NCBI GenBank assembly: GCA_009780345.1
Contig: WRAG01000001.1
Coordinates: forward strand, 7,267 to 71,266
Direction of reading: 5' to 3'
Source of the DNA: Oscillospiraceae bacterium
GTDB lineage: Bacteria; Bacillota; Clostridia; Monoglobales; WRAG01
Length of the DNA: 64,000 bases
Position 1 is the stretch's first letter. Every line of letters begins with the position of its first letter. The notes beneath the pieces are model-generated. The model made no database searches. It was given only the letters and a program-made list of their open reading frames with translations, and was not told the DNA's origin. Positions 18,161-28,389 of the stretch are shown piece by piece. The translations under genes and the position numbers were made by a program.

Positions 18161-20461
18161 CTACACATCCTTCATCGTCAGCGAAATCCTCATCTTCGCG
18201 ACATCAACATCAAGAACTTTCACTTTCACTATATCACCGACGGCGACAACGTCCATCGGGTGTTTTACAAATTTGTCCGCCAACTGCGAGATATGGACAA
18301 GCCCGTCTTGGTGAACGCCAACATCCACGAACGCGCCGAAGTCAATAACGTTGCGCACCGTACCTGTCATAATCATTCCGGGTTTCAAATCCTTGATATC
18401 CATAACATCGTCGCGCAAAACCGGCTGTTCAATATCATCGCGCGGATCTCGTCCCGGTTTTTGCAGCGATTCGACAATGTCACGTAAAGTGGGAACGCCG
18501 ACTTCGATTTCTTCTGCAAGCTTTGTCATATCAGCGCGTTCAGCCTTTTCTTTTAGCAGCACAAGCTTGCCGGCGTTCACGTCGTCCATCGTATATTCCA
18601 ATTTTTCAAGCAACTTTTCTGCCGCGGCGTATGACTCGGGGTGAACCGACGTGTTGTCGAGTATATTTTTCCCTGCGGAGATTCGCATAAATCCCGCGCA
18701 CTGCAAAAACGCTTTCGCGCCAAGCTTTGCAACCTTTAAAAGCTCTTTTCGCGTCTTAAATGCGCCAACTTCCTCGCGGTATGCCACAATATTTTTCGCC
18801 ACCGTTAAATTTATCCCGGAAATATAGCTCATAAGCGCGTAGGACGCGGTGTTTAGGTCAACTCCGACATCGTTTACGCAATCTTCGACAACGCCACCCA
18901 ACGCCTCGCCCAACCGTTTCTGATTTACGTCATGCTGATACTGCCCGACGCCCACGTTTTGCGCGTCGATCTTTACAAGCTCGGCAAGCGGATCTTGCAA
19001 CCGCCGACCGATTGAAATCGCGCCACGGATTGTTACGTCAAAATCGGGGAACTCCTCCGCGCCCTGCTTTGATGCCGAATAAATTGACGCGCCTGCCTCG
19101 TTGACAATTGCGTATTTCACGTCGCTAAAACCGAACTCTCGAATCGTTTCGGCAATAAAAATTTCGCTCTCTTTCGACGCCGTGCCGTTGCCGATTGCGA
19201 TTAGCGTTACGCCATGTTTGTCTACCATTCGTTTAACGAACTTCTTCGCCTCAGCGATGCGGGCGTCTGATTGTGTTGGATAAATCACGCCGCTATCAAG
19301 CACTTTCCCCGTTTCGTCCACAACCGCCATTTTGCAGCCCGTTCGATATCCCGGGTCAAGCGCAAGCACAACTTTCCCTTTGATTGGCGGCTGCATAAGC
19401 AGGTTTTTCAAGTTTTCCTTGAATACCTTTATCGCTTGCTCTTCCGCAACAACCGACAGTTCCCCGCGGATTTCGTTGGCGATGGAAGGTTCAATCAGCC
19501 GTTTATAGCTATCCTCGACGGCAGCTTCGACATAGCTCGTGGTGATCGAAAATGTTTCACGTGAAACATCGTCACGACAAACTGCGCTTTGCTCGTTTTC
19601 GGACACAAACCGTCCGAAAAGCTCACTCGCTTCGTTGTCGCTCCTCTTTCCCAAAACGTCCACTTCGTTGGGGCGTTTTGGGAGCTCTTTTAAAATCTTC
19701 CTTTTCAAATATGCCAAAATTTTATCAATCGGCGGATCAATTTTGACGTTTAGAAATTCTTCTTTCTCACCGCGGTTGATCGCCAAAACTCTGTGCGGCT
19801 GCACTTTGCAAACCGGCTCGGAATATTCATAATACAGCCGATAAACGCTGTCCTCCTCTTTTGCTGCTTTCGATTCAAGCGTTCCGTCACGGAAAGTTAC
19901 ATCGCGGATAGCCTTTCTAAACTCCGCGTTATCCGAAACGTCCTCGGCGATAATATCGCACGCTCCCGCAAGCGCGTCCTCGGCGGTTTTGACTTCAAGC
20001 CCCTCTTTTACATCGTCGCCTACGTTAATATATTCGCTTGCGATTTCTAAAATGTCGCCGTCGACAAGTTCCTGCGCCATCAAAATTTCAGCAAGCGGCT
20101 CAAGCCCGCGTTCCCGCGCAATCATTGCGCGTGTGCGACGTTTGGGTTTGTACGGACGATAAATATCTTCGATTTCGGCAAGTTTCTCCGCTTTATCGAG
20201 GGCGGCGTTGATTTCGTCGGTCATTTTGCCTTGTTCGTCGATTAGGCGGCGAACTTCCTCGCGGCGATCGTTGAGATTGCGTAAGTAAGTAAGCCTGTCG
20301 AATACGTCGCGAAGCGTAACATCGTCAAGTTCGCCGGTTGCCTCCTTTCGATAGCGGGCAATGAACGGAATGGTGTTTCCGTCGTCGATAAGCTCGACAA
20401 ACGCCTCTATTTGCTGGCGTTTTAGATTGAATTCTTGCGTTAAAATTTGTATGATATCCAT
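18161..20461 (-). CDS. tex: Transcription accessory protein Tex (S1 RNA-binding domain protein)
   Basis: 766 aa. N-terminal Tex domain (IPFIARYRKE), YqgF-like and HhH domains, C-terminal S1 domain (GTVRNVIDFGAFVDVG). Confidence 0.93.
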   Translation of the reverse strand: MDIIQILTQEFNLKRQQIEAFVELIDDGNTIPFIARYRKEATGELDDVTLRDVFDRLTYLRNLNDRREEVRRLIDEQGKMTDEINAALDKAEKLAEIEDIYRPYKPKRRTRAMIARERGLEPLAEILMAQELVDGDILEIASEYINVGDDVKEGLEVKTAEDALAGACDIIAEDVSDNAEFRKAIRDVTFRDGTLESKAAKEEDSVYRLYYEYSEPVCKVQPHRVLAINRGEKEEFLNVKIDPPIDKILAYLKRKILKELPKRPNEVDVLGKRSDNEASELFGRFVSENEQSAVCRDDVSRETFSITTSYVEAAVEDSYKRLIEPSIANEIRGELSVVAEEQAIKVFKENLKNLLMQPPIKGKVVLALDPGYRTGCKMAVVDETGKVLDSGVIYPTQSDARIAEAKKFVKRMVDKHGVTLIAIGNGTASKESEIFIAETIREFGFSDVKYAIVNEAGASIYSASKQGAEEFPDFDVTIRGAISIGRRLQDPLAELVKIDAQNVGVGQYQHDVNQKRLGEALGGVVEDCVNDVGVDLNTASYALMSYISGINLTVAKNIVAYREEVGAFKTRKELLKVAKLGAKAFLQCAGFMRISAGKNILDNTSVHPESYAAAEKLLEKLEYTMDDVNAGKLVLLKEKAERADMTKLAEEIEVGVPTLRDIVESLQKPGRDPRDDIEQPVLRDDVMDIKDLKPGMIMTGTVRNVIDFGAFVDVGVHQDGLVHISQLADKFVKHPMDVVAVGDIVKVKVLDVDVAKMRISLTMKDV
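19553..19568. promoter_or_regulatory. parS: parS site (inside tex coding sequence)
   Basis: TGTTTCACGTGAAACA, a perfect 16-bp palindrome matching the Firmicutes parS consensus tGTTNCACGTGAAACa. Confidence 0.8.
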
Positions 20462-20488
20462 ATTTTCTCTCCTTTGTTCGTTAGAAAA

Positions 20489-20504
20489 TGTTTCACGTGA
20501 AACA
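20489..20504. promoter_or_regulatory. parS: parS site in the tex/parA divergent intergenic region
   Basis: TGTTTCACGTGAAACA lies 6 nt upstream of the parA -35 box. Confidence 0.85.
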
Positions 20505-20510
20505 TTTTGC

Positions 20511-20539
20511 TTGACATTTTTCTACACATTCATTATAAT
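20511..20539 (+). promoter_or_regulatory. Sigma-70-type promoter of parAB
   Basis: TTGACA (20511-20516), 17-nt spacer, TATAAT (20534-20539). Confidence 0.65.
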
Positions 20540-20562
20540 AATAACTATATCATATTATAGGA

Positions 20563-21354
20563 ATGGTGTCAATTATGAAAAATGGAAAGGTTTTCGCGAT
20601 AGCTAATCAGAAGGGCGGAGTGGGGAAAACTACTACCGCTGTTAATCTTAGCGCGTGTTTGGGCGCGGCAGGGAAGCAAGTTCTTCTTATCGATTTGGAT
20701 CCGCAGGGCAACTCTACCAGTGGCGTTGGAATTGAAAAAACAAGCGTCGAATCAAGCATTTATGACGTACTTATAAACGACACGCCAATGGTTTCGTCGA
20801 TTTTGAAAACTGAATTTGACGGGCTTTGGCTTTGCCCGTCCGGCATTGATTTGGCGGGCGCGGAAATTGAGTTGGTTATGCAGGAGGCGCGCGAAAACAA
20901 GCTAAAGCGCGCAATCGCGGACGTTGCGGCGAATTATGATTATATTCTTATCGACTGCCCGCCGTCGTTAGGGTTGCTTACGCTGAACGCGTTTACTGCT
21001 GCGAACGGGGTAATCGTTCCTATTCAGTGCGAGTATTACGCGTTGGAGGGATTGAGTCAGCTTACCGCAACAATTCGGCGCGTTAAGTCGGTTTACAACC
21101 ACGCGCTCGACATCGAAGGCGTGGTTCTTACCATGTTCGACGGGCGCACGAATTTGTCCATTCAGGTTGTGGACGAGGTTAAGAAATTTTTCGGAAATAA
21201 GGTTTACGCAACCATTATTCCGCGGAACGTGCGTTTGTCGGAAGCGCCGAGCTTCGGGCAACCCATTATCACATACGATATTAATTCACGGGGCGCGGAA
21301 GTATATATTGAACTTGCAAAGGAAATTATCGAAGCGAACGAGGGGAGGAAATAG
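20563..21354 (+). CDS. parA: Chromosome partitioning ATPase ParA/Soj
   Basis: KVFAIANQKGGVGKTTT deviant Walker A. Start could instead be ATG 20575. Confidence 0.95.
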   Translation: MVSIMKNGKVFAIANQKGGVGKTTTAVNLSACLGAAGKQVLLIDLDPQGNSTSGVGIEKTSVESSIYDVLINDTPMVSSILKTEFDGLWLCPSGIDLAGAEIELVMQEARENKLKRAIADVAANYDYILIDCPPSLGLLTLNAFTAANGVIVPIQCEYYALEGLSQLTATIRRVKSVYNHALDIEGVVLTMFDGRTNLSIQVVDEVKKFFGNKVYATIIPRNVRLSEAPSFGQPIITYDINSRGAEVYIELAKEIIEANEGRK

Positions 21355-21356
21355 AT

Positions 21357-22271
21357 ATGCCAGGTAAAAAAGGATTGGGAAAAGGGTTAGGAGCATTGTT
21401 CGTTGACGCGGGCGAGACGGCAAGCGCGGAGCGTGGAACGGTTGATTTCGGACATAGTGAACCGTTGCCCGGCGAGTGGATTTCTACCATTAAACTGATA
21501 GATATTGAGCCGAACCGCAATCAACCGCGGCAACATTTCGACGCCGATGCGTTGGAAACGCTTGCACAGTCCATTAAGGAATACGGCGTTATGCAGCCGA
21601 TTTTGGTGCAAAAAACCGAGAACGACACTTACAGAATCATTGCCGGCGAGCGGCGGTGGCGCGCGTCAAAGGTGGCGGGACTTAAAGAAATTCCGTGTAT
21701 TATCAAGGATTACGACGAACTTGCGCGGATGTCGGTGAGTTTGATTGAGAATTTGCAGCGGGAGAATTTGAATCCTATCGAAGAAGCGGAGGGTTATCGG
21801 CTGCTAATGGACACTTTCGGGTTAAGCCAAGAAGCAGTTTCCGAGCGGATGGGGAAAAGTCGTTCGGCGATTGCGAACTCGCTACGACTTTGCGGACTTT
21901 CGGATGAGATTAAGGAGTTGGTCAAGTCGGACAAGCTTTCGGCGGGACACGCGCGGACGTTGCTTGGTGTTCCCGGCAAGGCGAATCAGCTTGAAATCGC
22001 GAAAAAGGTGATCAAAGACGGGTTAAGCGTTCGGCAGTTGGAGGCGTTGATTAAATCTTTGAACAAGCCGACCGAGAAAAAGGCGAATAAGGATAACAAC
22101 AAGGCAAGCCCGTTTGAATTGGCGCGACAAGATATGGAACGACGAATTTCGTCGAAGCTTGGTGCGGATGTAAAAATCACTCAAAAGAAGTCGAAAATGA
22201 AAATTGAGATTAATTGCGCGCAAGAACCTGAATTGGAAAGAATTATCCAAATTTTGCTAGATTTAAGATGA
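21357..22271 (+). CDS. parB: Chromosome partitioning protein ParB/Spo0J
   Basis: PNRNQPRQHF, IIAGERRWRA and ENLQRENLNPIEEA ParB boxes, plus HTH. Confidence 0.95.
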   Translation: MPGKKGLGKGLGALFVDAGETASAERGTVDFGHSEPLPGEWISTIKLIDIEPNRNQPRQHFDADALETLAQSIKEYGVMQPILVQKTENDTYRIIAGERRWRASKVAGLKEIPCIIKDYDELARMSVSLIENLQRENLNPIEEAEGYRLLMDTFGLSQEAVSERMGKSRSAIANSLRLCGLSDEIKELVKSDKLSAGHARTLLGVPGKANQLEIAKKVIKDGLSVRQLEALIKSLNKPTEKKANKDNNKASPFELARQDMERRISSKLGADVKITQKKSKMKIEINCAQEPELERIIQILLDLR

Positions 22272-22291
22272 TTTTTACAAAATATGGGGTT

Positions 22292-22392
22292 AAAATTTGC
22301 GGGATAATTTGGAAAAATTCGAAATCGGCAATATAGTTAATCGTTTTCAATCAAAATTTCAAATTTGAGCCGTTTTTTGCGCAAATTTGACA
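22292..22392. repeat. Degenerate family B-like remnant
   Basis: GGAAAAATTCGAAATCGGCAAT resembles the inverted B left end (AAAAATTCAAAATGTGCCAAT). AAAATTTCAAATTTGAGCC and GCGCAAATTTGACA resemble B/A right ends. Decayed copy. Confidence 0.4.
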
Positions 22393-22446
22393 TTGTATGA
22401 TTTTTCCATAATATGTTCATACTAATTTCAGAGGTGCAAATTACGT

Positions 22447-22749
22447 ATGAAACGATTTTTTACTATATTGATTGTTTTGCTGATGATCGCGGGCGGATTG
22501 TACGGCGCGTGGACGGCGTTGGAATTTTTTGACAATGTTCGGTTGAATTATCGTGAGGAGTTGGCGCGAAGTCAGTTGCTTAATCAAAACGCGCAGCAGC
22601 GGATTACCGATTTGATTGCGGAGAATACCGAACTTCGGTCAGAGTTAGAAGAGCTACGAAATCTGCCCGCTTTCGCGGCGCAGGTAATGAATATTGAAGT
22701 TTTAGAGGAGGACGAGGAATATGTTGGATATCAAACTGATACGGAGTGA
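22447..22749 (+). CDS. Small membrane-anchored coiled-coil protein, unknown function
   Basis: N-terminal TM segment [19 protein letters not shown] followed by a coiled-coil-like stretch. Its 3' end overlaps the serS start. Confidence 0.6.
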   Translation: MKRFFTILIVLLMIAGGLYGAWTALEFFDNVRLNYREELARSQLLNQNAQQRITDLIAENTELRSELEELRNLPAFAAQVMNIEVLEEDEEYVGYQTDTE

Positions 22750-23992
22750 GCCGGAGGTTGTGAAAGCCGGGCTTTCGCGGCGCAGGGAAGATACCGGGCG
22801 GATAGATGAAATTATAGCATTAGACGGCAGACGGCGGGAAATTTTGTTTGAAGTTGAGCAAATGAAAGCGCGGCAAAATACCGTGTCGAAAGAGATTCCG
22901 CAGTTGAAGAAAGCGGGCGAAGACACAACAGCAATTTTTGCCGAAATGAAAGATCTGTCCGATAAAATTAAGCAATTTGATGAACAGTTGCGTGAGATTG
23001 ATGGTGAGATTGAGGCGATTGCGCTGCAACTTCCGAATTTGCCACATGAAAGCGTTCCCGACGGAACGAGCGACGAGGATAATGTTGAGGTTCGCAAGTG
23101 GGGCGAGGCGCCAAAGTTTGATTTCGAGCCGAAAGCGCATTGGGATATTGGCGAGGGATTGAATATTCTTGATTTTGCTTGCGGGGCAAAGGTTACGGGG
23201 GCGCGGTTTACGGTGTATCGCGGGCTTGGGGCGCGGTTGGAGCGCGCGTTGATTAATTTCTTTCTTGACACGCACACCGAAAACGGCTATACCGAGGTTT
23301 TACCGCCATTTATGGTACATAGAGCGAGTATGATGGGGACGGGGCAGTTGCCGAAGTTTGAGGAGGACGCGTTTAAAATTTCCGGCAGCGATTATTTTCT
23401 TGTTCCGACGGCGGAAGTGCCTGTTACCAACATGTTGCGGGATGAGATTGTTGCGGGTGACGAGCTTCCTATTAAATATACCGCGTATTCGGCGTGTTTC
23501 CGAAGCGAAGCGGGAAGCGCGGGGCGAGATACGCGCGGGCTTATTCGGCAGCATCAATTTAATAAAGTCGAGCTTGTGAAGTTCGCGAAACCGGAGCAGT
23601 CGCCGGACGAACTTGAGCGGTTAACCGCCGACGCGGAGCGGATTTTGCAGTTGTTAGGATTGCCGTATCGTACGGTTAAGCTTTGCACCGGAGATTTGGG
23701 ATTCAGCTCGGCGATGACATATGATATTGAAGTTTGGATGCCGAGTTATGGGCGGTATGTCGAGATTTCGTCGTGCAGCAACTTTTTGGACTTCCAAGCG
23801 AGGCGCGCGAATATCAAGTTTAAGGAAAATCCCGCCGATAAGGCGCAGTTTGTGCACACATTGAATGGTTCGGGCGTTGCGGTCGGGCGCTCTGTCGCTG
23901 CGATTTTGGAGAATTATCAGAATGAGGACGGAAGTGTGGTTGTGCCTGAAGTTTTGCGGAAGTATATGAGTGTAGAGGTGATAGGGCGGTAG
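22721..23992 (+). CDS. serS: Seryl-tRNA synthetase
   Basis: MLDIKLIR... N-terminal coiled coil. Class II motifs ([32 protein letters not shown]). Confidence 0.97.
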   Translation: MLDIKLIRSEPEVVKAGLSRRREDTGRIDEIIALDGRRREILFEVEQMKARQNTVSKEIPQLKKAGEDTTAIFAEMKDLSDKIKQFDEQLREIDGEIEAIALQLPNLPHESVPDGTSDEDNVEVRKWGEAPKFDFEPKAHWDIGEGLNILDFACGAKVTGARFTVYRGLGARLERALINFFLDTHTENGYTEVLPPFMVHRASMMGTGQLPKFEEDAFKISGSDYFLVPTAEVPVTNMLRDEIVAGDELPIKYTAYSACFRSEAGSAGRDTRGLIRQHQFNKVELVKFAKPEQSPDELERLTADAERILQLLGLPYRTVKLCTGDLGFSSAMTYDIEVWMPSYGRYVEISSCSNFLDFQARRANIKFKENPADKAQFVHTLNGSGVAVGRSVAAILENYQNEDGSVVVPEVLRKYMSVEVIGR

Positions 23993-24478
23993 CCCTAAAA
24001 CCGCGAGGTTGTCTTACGCTGACAAGCGCATATGTGCGGCTGCTGCCGCAGAGCGATAAGGACTTGTCGAAGCCCTTGTCAAGCCCCGAAAAACTTTAAA
24101 AAGTTTTATCAAACAGGCGGCGCAAACGCGCTTTCGCGCTATTAAAAGCGCGCCGCTACAAAAGGACTGCAAACAAATTGCACATCAATTAAGTAACTAC
24201 GGCGGCAAAAGCCGCCATCTTGAGCAAAAATTCGTCCCGCGCCTAGAAGCGCGAGATATTGTTTGGTTAGGAGTGAGTTGATTGCACTTGCTTCCGCGCC
24301 ACGTGCGCTCGGTTTTTGAGCGTGTTCGTGAGCGCGGCGCTTTTGATCAAACTTTTGGCGCACAAAAGTTTGCTGGATTGTCAAGGACTGGTCCTTGCCG
24401 CGTCTGCGCGTGCCCGCGCAAAGCCTGCCGCCGTAGCGGCAAAAACTCGCGCCCGTTGGGCGCAAAAAGGAGCAATCT
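23982..24478 (+). repeat. Family C long composite palindromic repeat, copy C4
   Basis: Begins with hairpin TAGGGC-GGTA-GCCCTA, which contains the serS stop codon. Colinear with C2 (…CCCTTGTCAAGCCCC…GGCGGCGCAAACGCGCT…GGCGGCAAAAGCCGCC…). Ends GCGCCCGTTGGGCGCAAAAAGGAGC before the thyA ATG. Confidence 0.85.
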
Positions 24479-24479
24479 T

Positions 24480-25310
24480 ATGAGCATCGCAGATAAAATT
24501 TTCATCGATATGTGCCGCGACATTCTCGACAACGGCTACACTTCCGAGGGTGAGGAAATCCGCCCGAAGTGGGAGGACGGCACCGACGCGCATTATATTA
24601 AGAAGTTTGGCGTGGTGAATCGGTATGATTTGTCGAAAGAGTTTCCGATTTTGACGTTGCGCCCGACTTATTTGAAGAGCTGTATTGACGAGCTTTTGTG
24701 GATTTGGCAGAAGAAGTCGAACAATATCGGTGAGTTGAACAGTAAAATTTGGAATCAGTGGGCGGATGAGGACGGCAGTATCGGCAAGGCTTACGGCTAT
24801 CAGCTTGCGCAGAAGCACAAGTATAAAGAGGGCGAGTTTGACCAAGTTGACCGCGCGTTGTATGATTTGAAACACACGCCGTATAGTCGGCGGATTATGA
24901 CGAACATCTACAACCATGCCGACTTGCACGCCATGAATCTTTATCCTTGCGCGTACAGCGTGACGTTTAATGTGACCGGCGATCGTCTGAACGCCATACT
25001 GAATCAGCGATCGCAAGACATTTTGGCGGCGAACAATTGGAATGTTTGCCAGTATGCGATTTTGGTACATATGTTTGCGCAAGTTTCGGGATTGAAAGTT
25101 GGCGAGCTTATTCACGTTATCGCGGATGCGCATATATATGATCGGCATGTGCCGATTATTGAAGAATTGATTACACGCGCGCCGTATCTGGCGCCGAAGT
25201 TGGTTGTAAATCCGGAAGTTAAGGATTTTTATGATTTTACAGTAGATGATTTTGTGCTAGAGAACTATCAGGCGGGCGAGCAGGTTCGTAACATTCCAAT
25301 AGCTGAGTAG
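24480..25310 (+). CDS. thyA: Thymidylate synthase (ThyA type)
   Basis: Starts MSIADKIFIDMCRDIL. Motifs include ELLWIW, RRIMTNIYN, LYPCAY and QRSQDILAANNWNVCQYAILVHM. ATG 24480 follows AAGGAGC. The ORF-track N-terminal extension lies in repeat C4. Confidence 0.95.
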   Translation: MSIADKIFIDMCRDILDNGYTSEGEEIRPKWEDGTDAHYIKKFGVVNRYDLSKEFPILTLRPTYLKSCIDELLWIWQKKSNNIGELNSKIWNQWADEDGSIGKAYGYQLAQKHKYKEGEFDQVDRALYDLKHTPYSRRIMTNIYNHADLHAMNLYPCAYSVTFNVTGDRLNAILNQRSQDILAANNWNVCQYAILVHMFAQVSGLKVGELIHVIADAHIYDRHVPIIEELITRAPYLAPKLVVNPEVKDFYDFTVDDFVLENYQAGEQVRNIPIAE

Positions 25311-25611
25311 TTTGCGTGAAATCACGCAATCTTCCGCCGAAACTTCACCCACGAAAAATCCTCAACGTACCATTTGTACGCCTGCGGAAACAAGACGCCA
25401 TTAAAAGTTTTGTGAAACAAAACATACATAAATGGCGTTTCAACGGCGGTTTTTGCCGTTCTTTTTCGGGGCTCGTTTCGGCGGAATCTGGGAGAGTTGT
25501 CAAAAACTTGTTTTTGCTAACAACTCCCCTGTGAAAACTGCCCAAGAGAGCAAGGCGATTTTTGCCGCCGCTTAATTGGCTGCAGTTGACCACCACGCAA
25601 TTTGACGCAAA
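25311..25611 (+). repeat. Family A repeat, composite (A1 core with nested insertions including module F)
   Basis: Starts TTTGCGTGAAATCACGCAAT directly after the thyA TAG and ends CACGCAATTTGACGCAAA before the folA RBS. The interior carries GGGAGAGTTGTCAAAAACTTGTTTTTGCTAACAACTCCCC, which is also seen at 40426 and 54117. Confidence 0.85.
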
Positions 25612-25628
25612 CTAAGGAGCGAAATAAT

Positions 25629-26099
25629 ATGAATCTAATTGTGGCAGTAGACAAAAACTGGGGAATCGGTTGCGATAACAAGCTTCTCGCCCATATTCCC
25701 GAGGATATGAAATTTTTTCGCGTAATGACGACTGACAAAACCGTCGTTATGGGGCGGAAGACGTTTGATAGCTTGCCGAACGGAGCGTTGCCAAATCGGA
25801 ATAACATTGTATTATCCCGAGATGAAAATTTCAAGGCAGATAACGTTAGAGTTCATAACTCCATAGGTATTGGCGATGATAGCGTTTTCGTAATCGGCGG
25901 TGAATCAATTTATAAGCAATATCTTCCGCTTTGCACGCGTGCATACGTCACTAAAATTGACGCCGAATTTGAGGCGGATCGATATATGGAAAATTTGGAT
26001 AAAGATCCTGACTGGGCGGTTGAAAGTTCAAAAAAAATGTCTACGCAAAGCGGCATAAACATTGAGTTTGTTACGTATGTGAATACTAAATTGGTTTAG
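25629..26099 (+). CDS. folA: Dihydrofolate reductase
   Basis: MNLIVAVDKNWGIG...MGRKTFDSLP...LPNRNNIVLSR. Located downstream of thyA. Confidence 0.93.
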   Translation: MNLIVAVDKNWGIGCDNKLLAHIPEDMKFFRVMTTDKTVVMGRKTFDSLPNGALPNRNNIVLSRDENFKADNVRVHNSIGIGDDSVFVIGGESIYKQYLPLCTRAYVTKIDAEFEADRYMENLDKDPDWAVESSKKMSTQSGINIEFVTYVNTKLV

Positions 26100-26569
26100 T
26101 CGGCTTTCATTGCTTGCGCAAAGTGCGCGATTTTATCGTTATCGATAGTGTCTTTATAATCGGTTTGCTTCGTTACTAACTTGTATATAAATCGCTCGGC
26201 ACCGCCGACCTTTTTCGGATCAAATATTCCGCCCGCGAAAAACTTCGCCTTGGCAGCTTGCAAAAGTTGCGGCGGGAAGTTTTGGTTGAACACTTCGGCT
26301 TCCTTTTCGGTTTCAAATCCGGAAAGAAATAAGCCCACTCTTTTTTTGCATAATTCATCGGCGTTTTGAGAGATGAAAGTTTTCGCTTCCTTGCGAATTG
26401 CGCCCGCGTAAATCGAACTTCCGATAATTACGCAGTCAAACTGCGACAACTTTGGAATGTCTTTTTGCTTTAGGTCACAAACAACTGCAACCTCTATGTT
26501 TTTTGCGATACGCCGCGCGATTTCTTCCGCGGCGCCGTATTTTGACGCATAAAGAATCAAAGTTTTCAT
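26096..26569 (-). CDS. Flavodoxin-domain protein
   Basis: MKTLILYASKYGAAEEIARRIA..., flavodoxin-like fold signature. Confidence 0.8.
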   Translation of the reverse strand: MKTLILYASKYGAAEEIARRIAKNIEVAVVCDLKQKDIPKLSQFDCVIIGSSIYAGAIRKEAKTFISQNADELCKKRVGLFLSGFETEKEAEVFNQNFPPQLLQAAKAKFFAGGIFDPKKVGGAERFIYKLVTKQTDYKDTIDNDKIAHFAQAMKAD

Positions 26570-26592
26570 GGTTTTATGCCCTCTTACTAAAT

Positions 26593-27696
26593 CTAAAAAT
26601 TAATTACCTTATAACGATAGCGTACGTTTAGCACCAGCCCGACCGCCATCATATTTGCCAGCATCGATGAGCCGCCATAGCTTATAAACGGCAATGGAAC
26701 GCCGGTTACCGGCATTAGACCGATTGCCATTCCGATACTTTGAATAGTTTGGAACATCAACATTCCTGAAACTCCGAGGGCGATATATTTGCCTAGGGAG
26801 TTTTTTGCTTTATTCGCGATATAAAGGCAGCGCAAGGTTATTCCGAGTAGAAGAAGTAACACAACCATGCTTCCGATAAATCCGAATTCTTCGCTTATTA
26901 CCGAAAATATGAAGTCGTTATGCCGTTCGGGCAGGAAGCCGAATTGGGTGGAACCGCGGAGGTAGCCTCTGCCGAATATTTGTCCCGAGCCGACCGCGAT
27001 TCTTGACTGCAACACTTGAAATCCGGCGCCGGCGGGGTCAAGGTAAGGGTTGAAAAAACTTATAATACGCAACTGTTGATAATCTCGCAACACAAAGAAC
27101 CATATTATCGGAAGCGCCGCAACAAAGCCGCCGATTGCTGCCAAAATATACTTATAATTTATCCCCGCGAACCAAATCATCATCAACGCGATAGAAACAA
27201 ATACAAGGGTCGTTCCCAAATCCGGTTGCATTAGTGTAAGTGCGATGATCGGTGCGGCGTGCAATGCTAAAAACCCTATATTTTTCGGCTTGTTGATATC
27301 CTCATCTATCAAAGATAGATGCTTCGCGAATGTGATGATAAATCCGATTTTTACAAATTCGGTCGGCTGGAATCCGATAGGGCCGATTCGAATCCATCTT
27401 TGTCCGCCTAGTTGCGCGTGCCCGATTTGGGGAATCAGAACTAGAATTAAAAGTAGCAAACACAAACCGTATATAGCGTAAGATAAGCCGCACAAATATT
27501 CGTAATCTATTTTGATAATAACAGCTATTACCACAAGTCCGACGACAAGTGAGACAATTTGGGTTATTACAAATTGCGATGGATTTATAAACGTGCTTAC
27601 GGCGCTTGAAATTGCAATAATACCTATGGTTCCGGCGATCAGAACCATAGATAATAGAAAGAAATCAATATTCTTAAAGAGTTTTCGGTTTAACAT
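26593..27696 (-). CDS. FtsW/RodA/SpoVE family peptidoglycan glycosyltransferase
   Basis: Polytopic membrane protein with the C-terminal motif PVTGVPLPFISYGGSS. Start set at MLNRKLF (27696) after GGAGAAGA. Confidence 0.9.
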   Translation of the reverse strand: MLNRKLFKNIDFFLLSMVLIAGTIGIIAISSAVSTFINPSQFVITQIVSLVVGLVVIAVIIKIDYEYLCGLSYAIYGLCLLLLILVLIPQIGHAQLGGQRWIRIGPIGFQPTEFVKIGFIITFAKHLSLIDEDINKPKNIGFLALHAAPIIALTLMQPDLGTTLVFVSIALMMIWFAGINYKYILAAIGGFVAALPIIWFFVLRDYQQLRIISFFNPYLDPAGAGFQVLQSRIAVGSGQIFGRGYLRGSTQFGFLPERHNDFIFSVISEEFGFIGSMVVLLLLLGITLRCLYIANKAKNSLGKYIALGVSGMLMFQTIQSIGMAIGLMPVTGVPLPFISYGGSSMLANMMAVGLVLNVRYRYKVINF

Positions 27697-27710
27697 AGTA
27701 TCTTCTCCAG

Positions 27711-27740
27711 CTTGCGTGAAATCACGCAATTTGACGCAAG
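27711..27740 (+). repeat. Minimal family A unit (both ends, no core)
   Basis: CTTGCGTGAAATCACGCAATTTGACGCAAG is the left end joined directly to the right end. Confidence 0.75.
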
Positions 27741-27744
27741 CTTA

Positions 27745-28389
27745 CTAAATTTTTTTATATGAGATAGCGACACCGTCGCCTAATGGTAATATTGAAGTGT
27801 CTAGTTTATCATTATCCATAATTTCCGTAATATATTCGCGCAAATTGCGGATAATTGTACATTTTCGTTTTACCCAAAGTTCGTCGGTCGCGACCATTCC
27901 TTGATAAAGTATATTATCGCTTATCAAAATTCCGCCGTTTCGCAAAATTCTGATGCAATGCGGCAGAAATTGAAGATATTGCCCTTTCGCGGCGTCCATA
28001 AAGATTAAATCGAAACTGCTATCCGAAAACTCGGATAAAACATCCTTCGCGTCGCCGGTTATAACTTCAATTTGGTTATCTAACTTCGCGGCGGAGATAT
28101 TTTCCCGGGCAATAGTTGCCATACTTTCGGATTTTTCTATCGATTTAATGTCAATTTCGCTTGACAGTTCAGCAATGGCGATTGCGGAATATCCGATTGC
28201 CGTTCCGATTTCGAGAATTTTTTTAGGTTTTGCGATGGAACATATCACTTCGATAAAACGTAACGTTTCGGGCTGTGAAATTGGAACATTGTTCTTCTCG
28301 GCGTAAGTTTCAAGTTCCTTTAGAAGTCCGGTTTTCTGCGGCGTGCTTTTTTGAATATATTCATTAATATAAGGATAGTTGATATTCAT
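27745..28389 (-). CDS. Class I SAM-dependent O-methyltransferase (YrrM/caffeoyl-CoA OMT-like)
   Basis: ILEIGTAIGYSA SAM motif and DLIFMDAAKGQY. Start at MNINYPY (28389) overlaps the mltG stop by 1 nt. Confidence 0.85.
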   Translation of the reverse strand: MNINYPYINEYIQKSTPQKTGLLKELETYAEKNNVPISQPETLRFIEVICSIAKPKKILEIGTAIGYSAIAIAELSSEIDIKSIEKSESMATIARENISAAKLDNQIEVITGDAKDVLSEFSDSSFDLIFMDAAKGQYLQFLPHCIRILRNGGILISDNILYQGMVATDELWVKRKCTIIRNLREYITEIMDNDKLDTSILPLGDGVAISYKKI

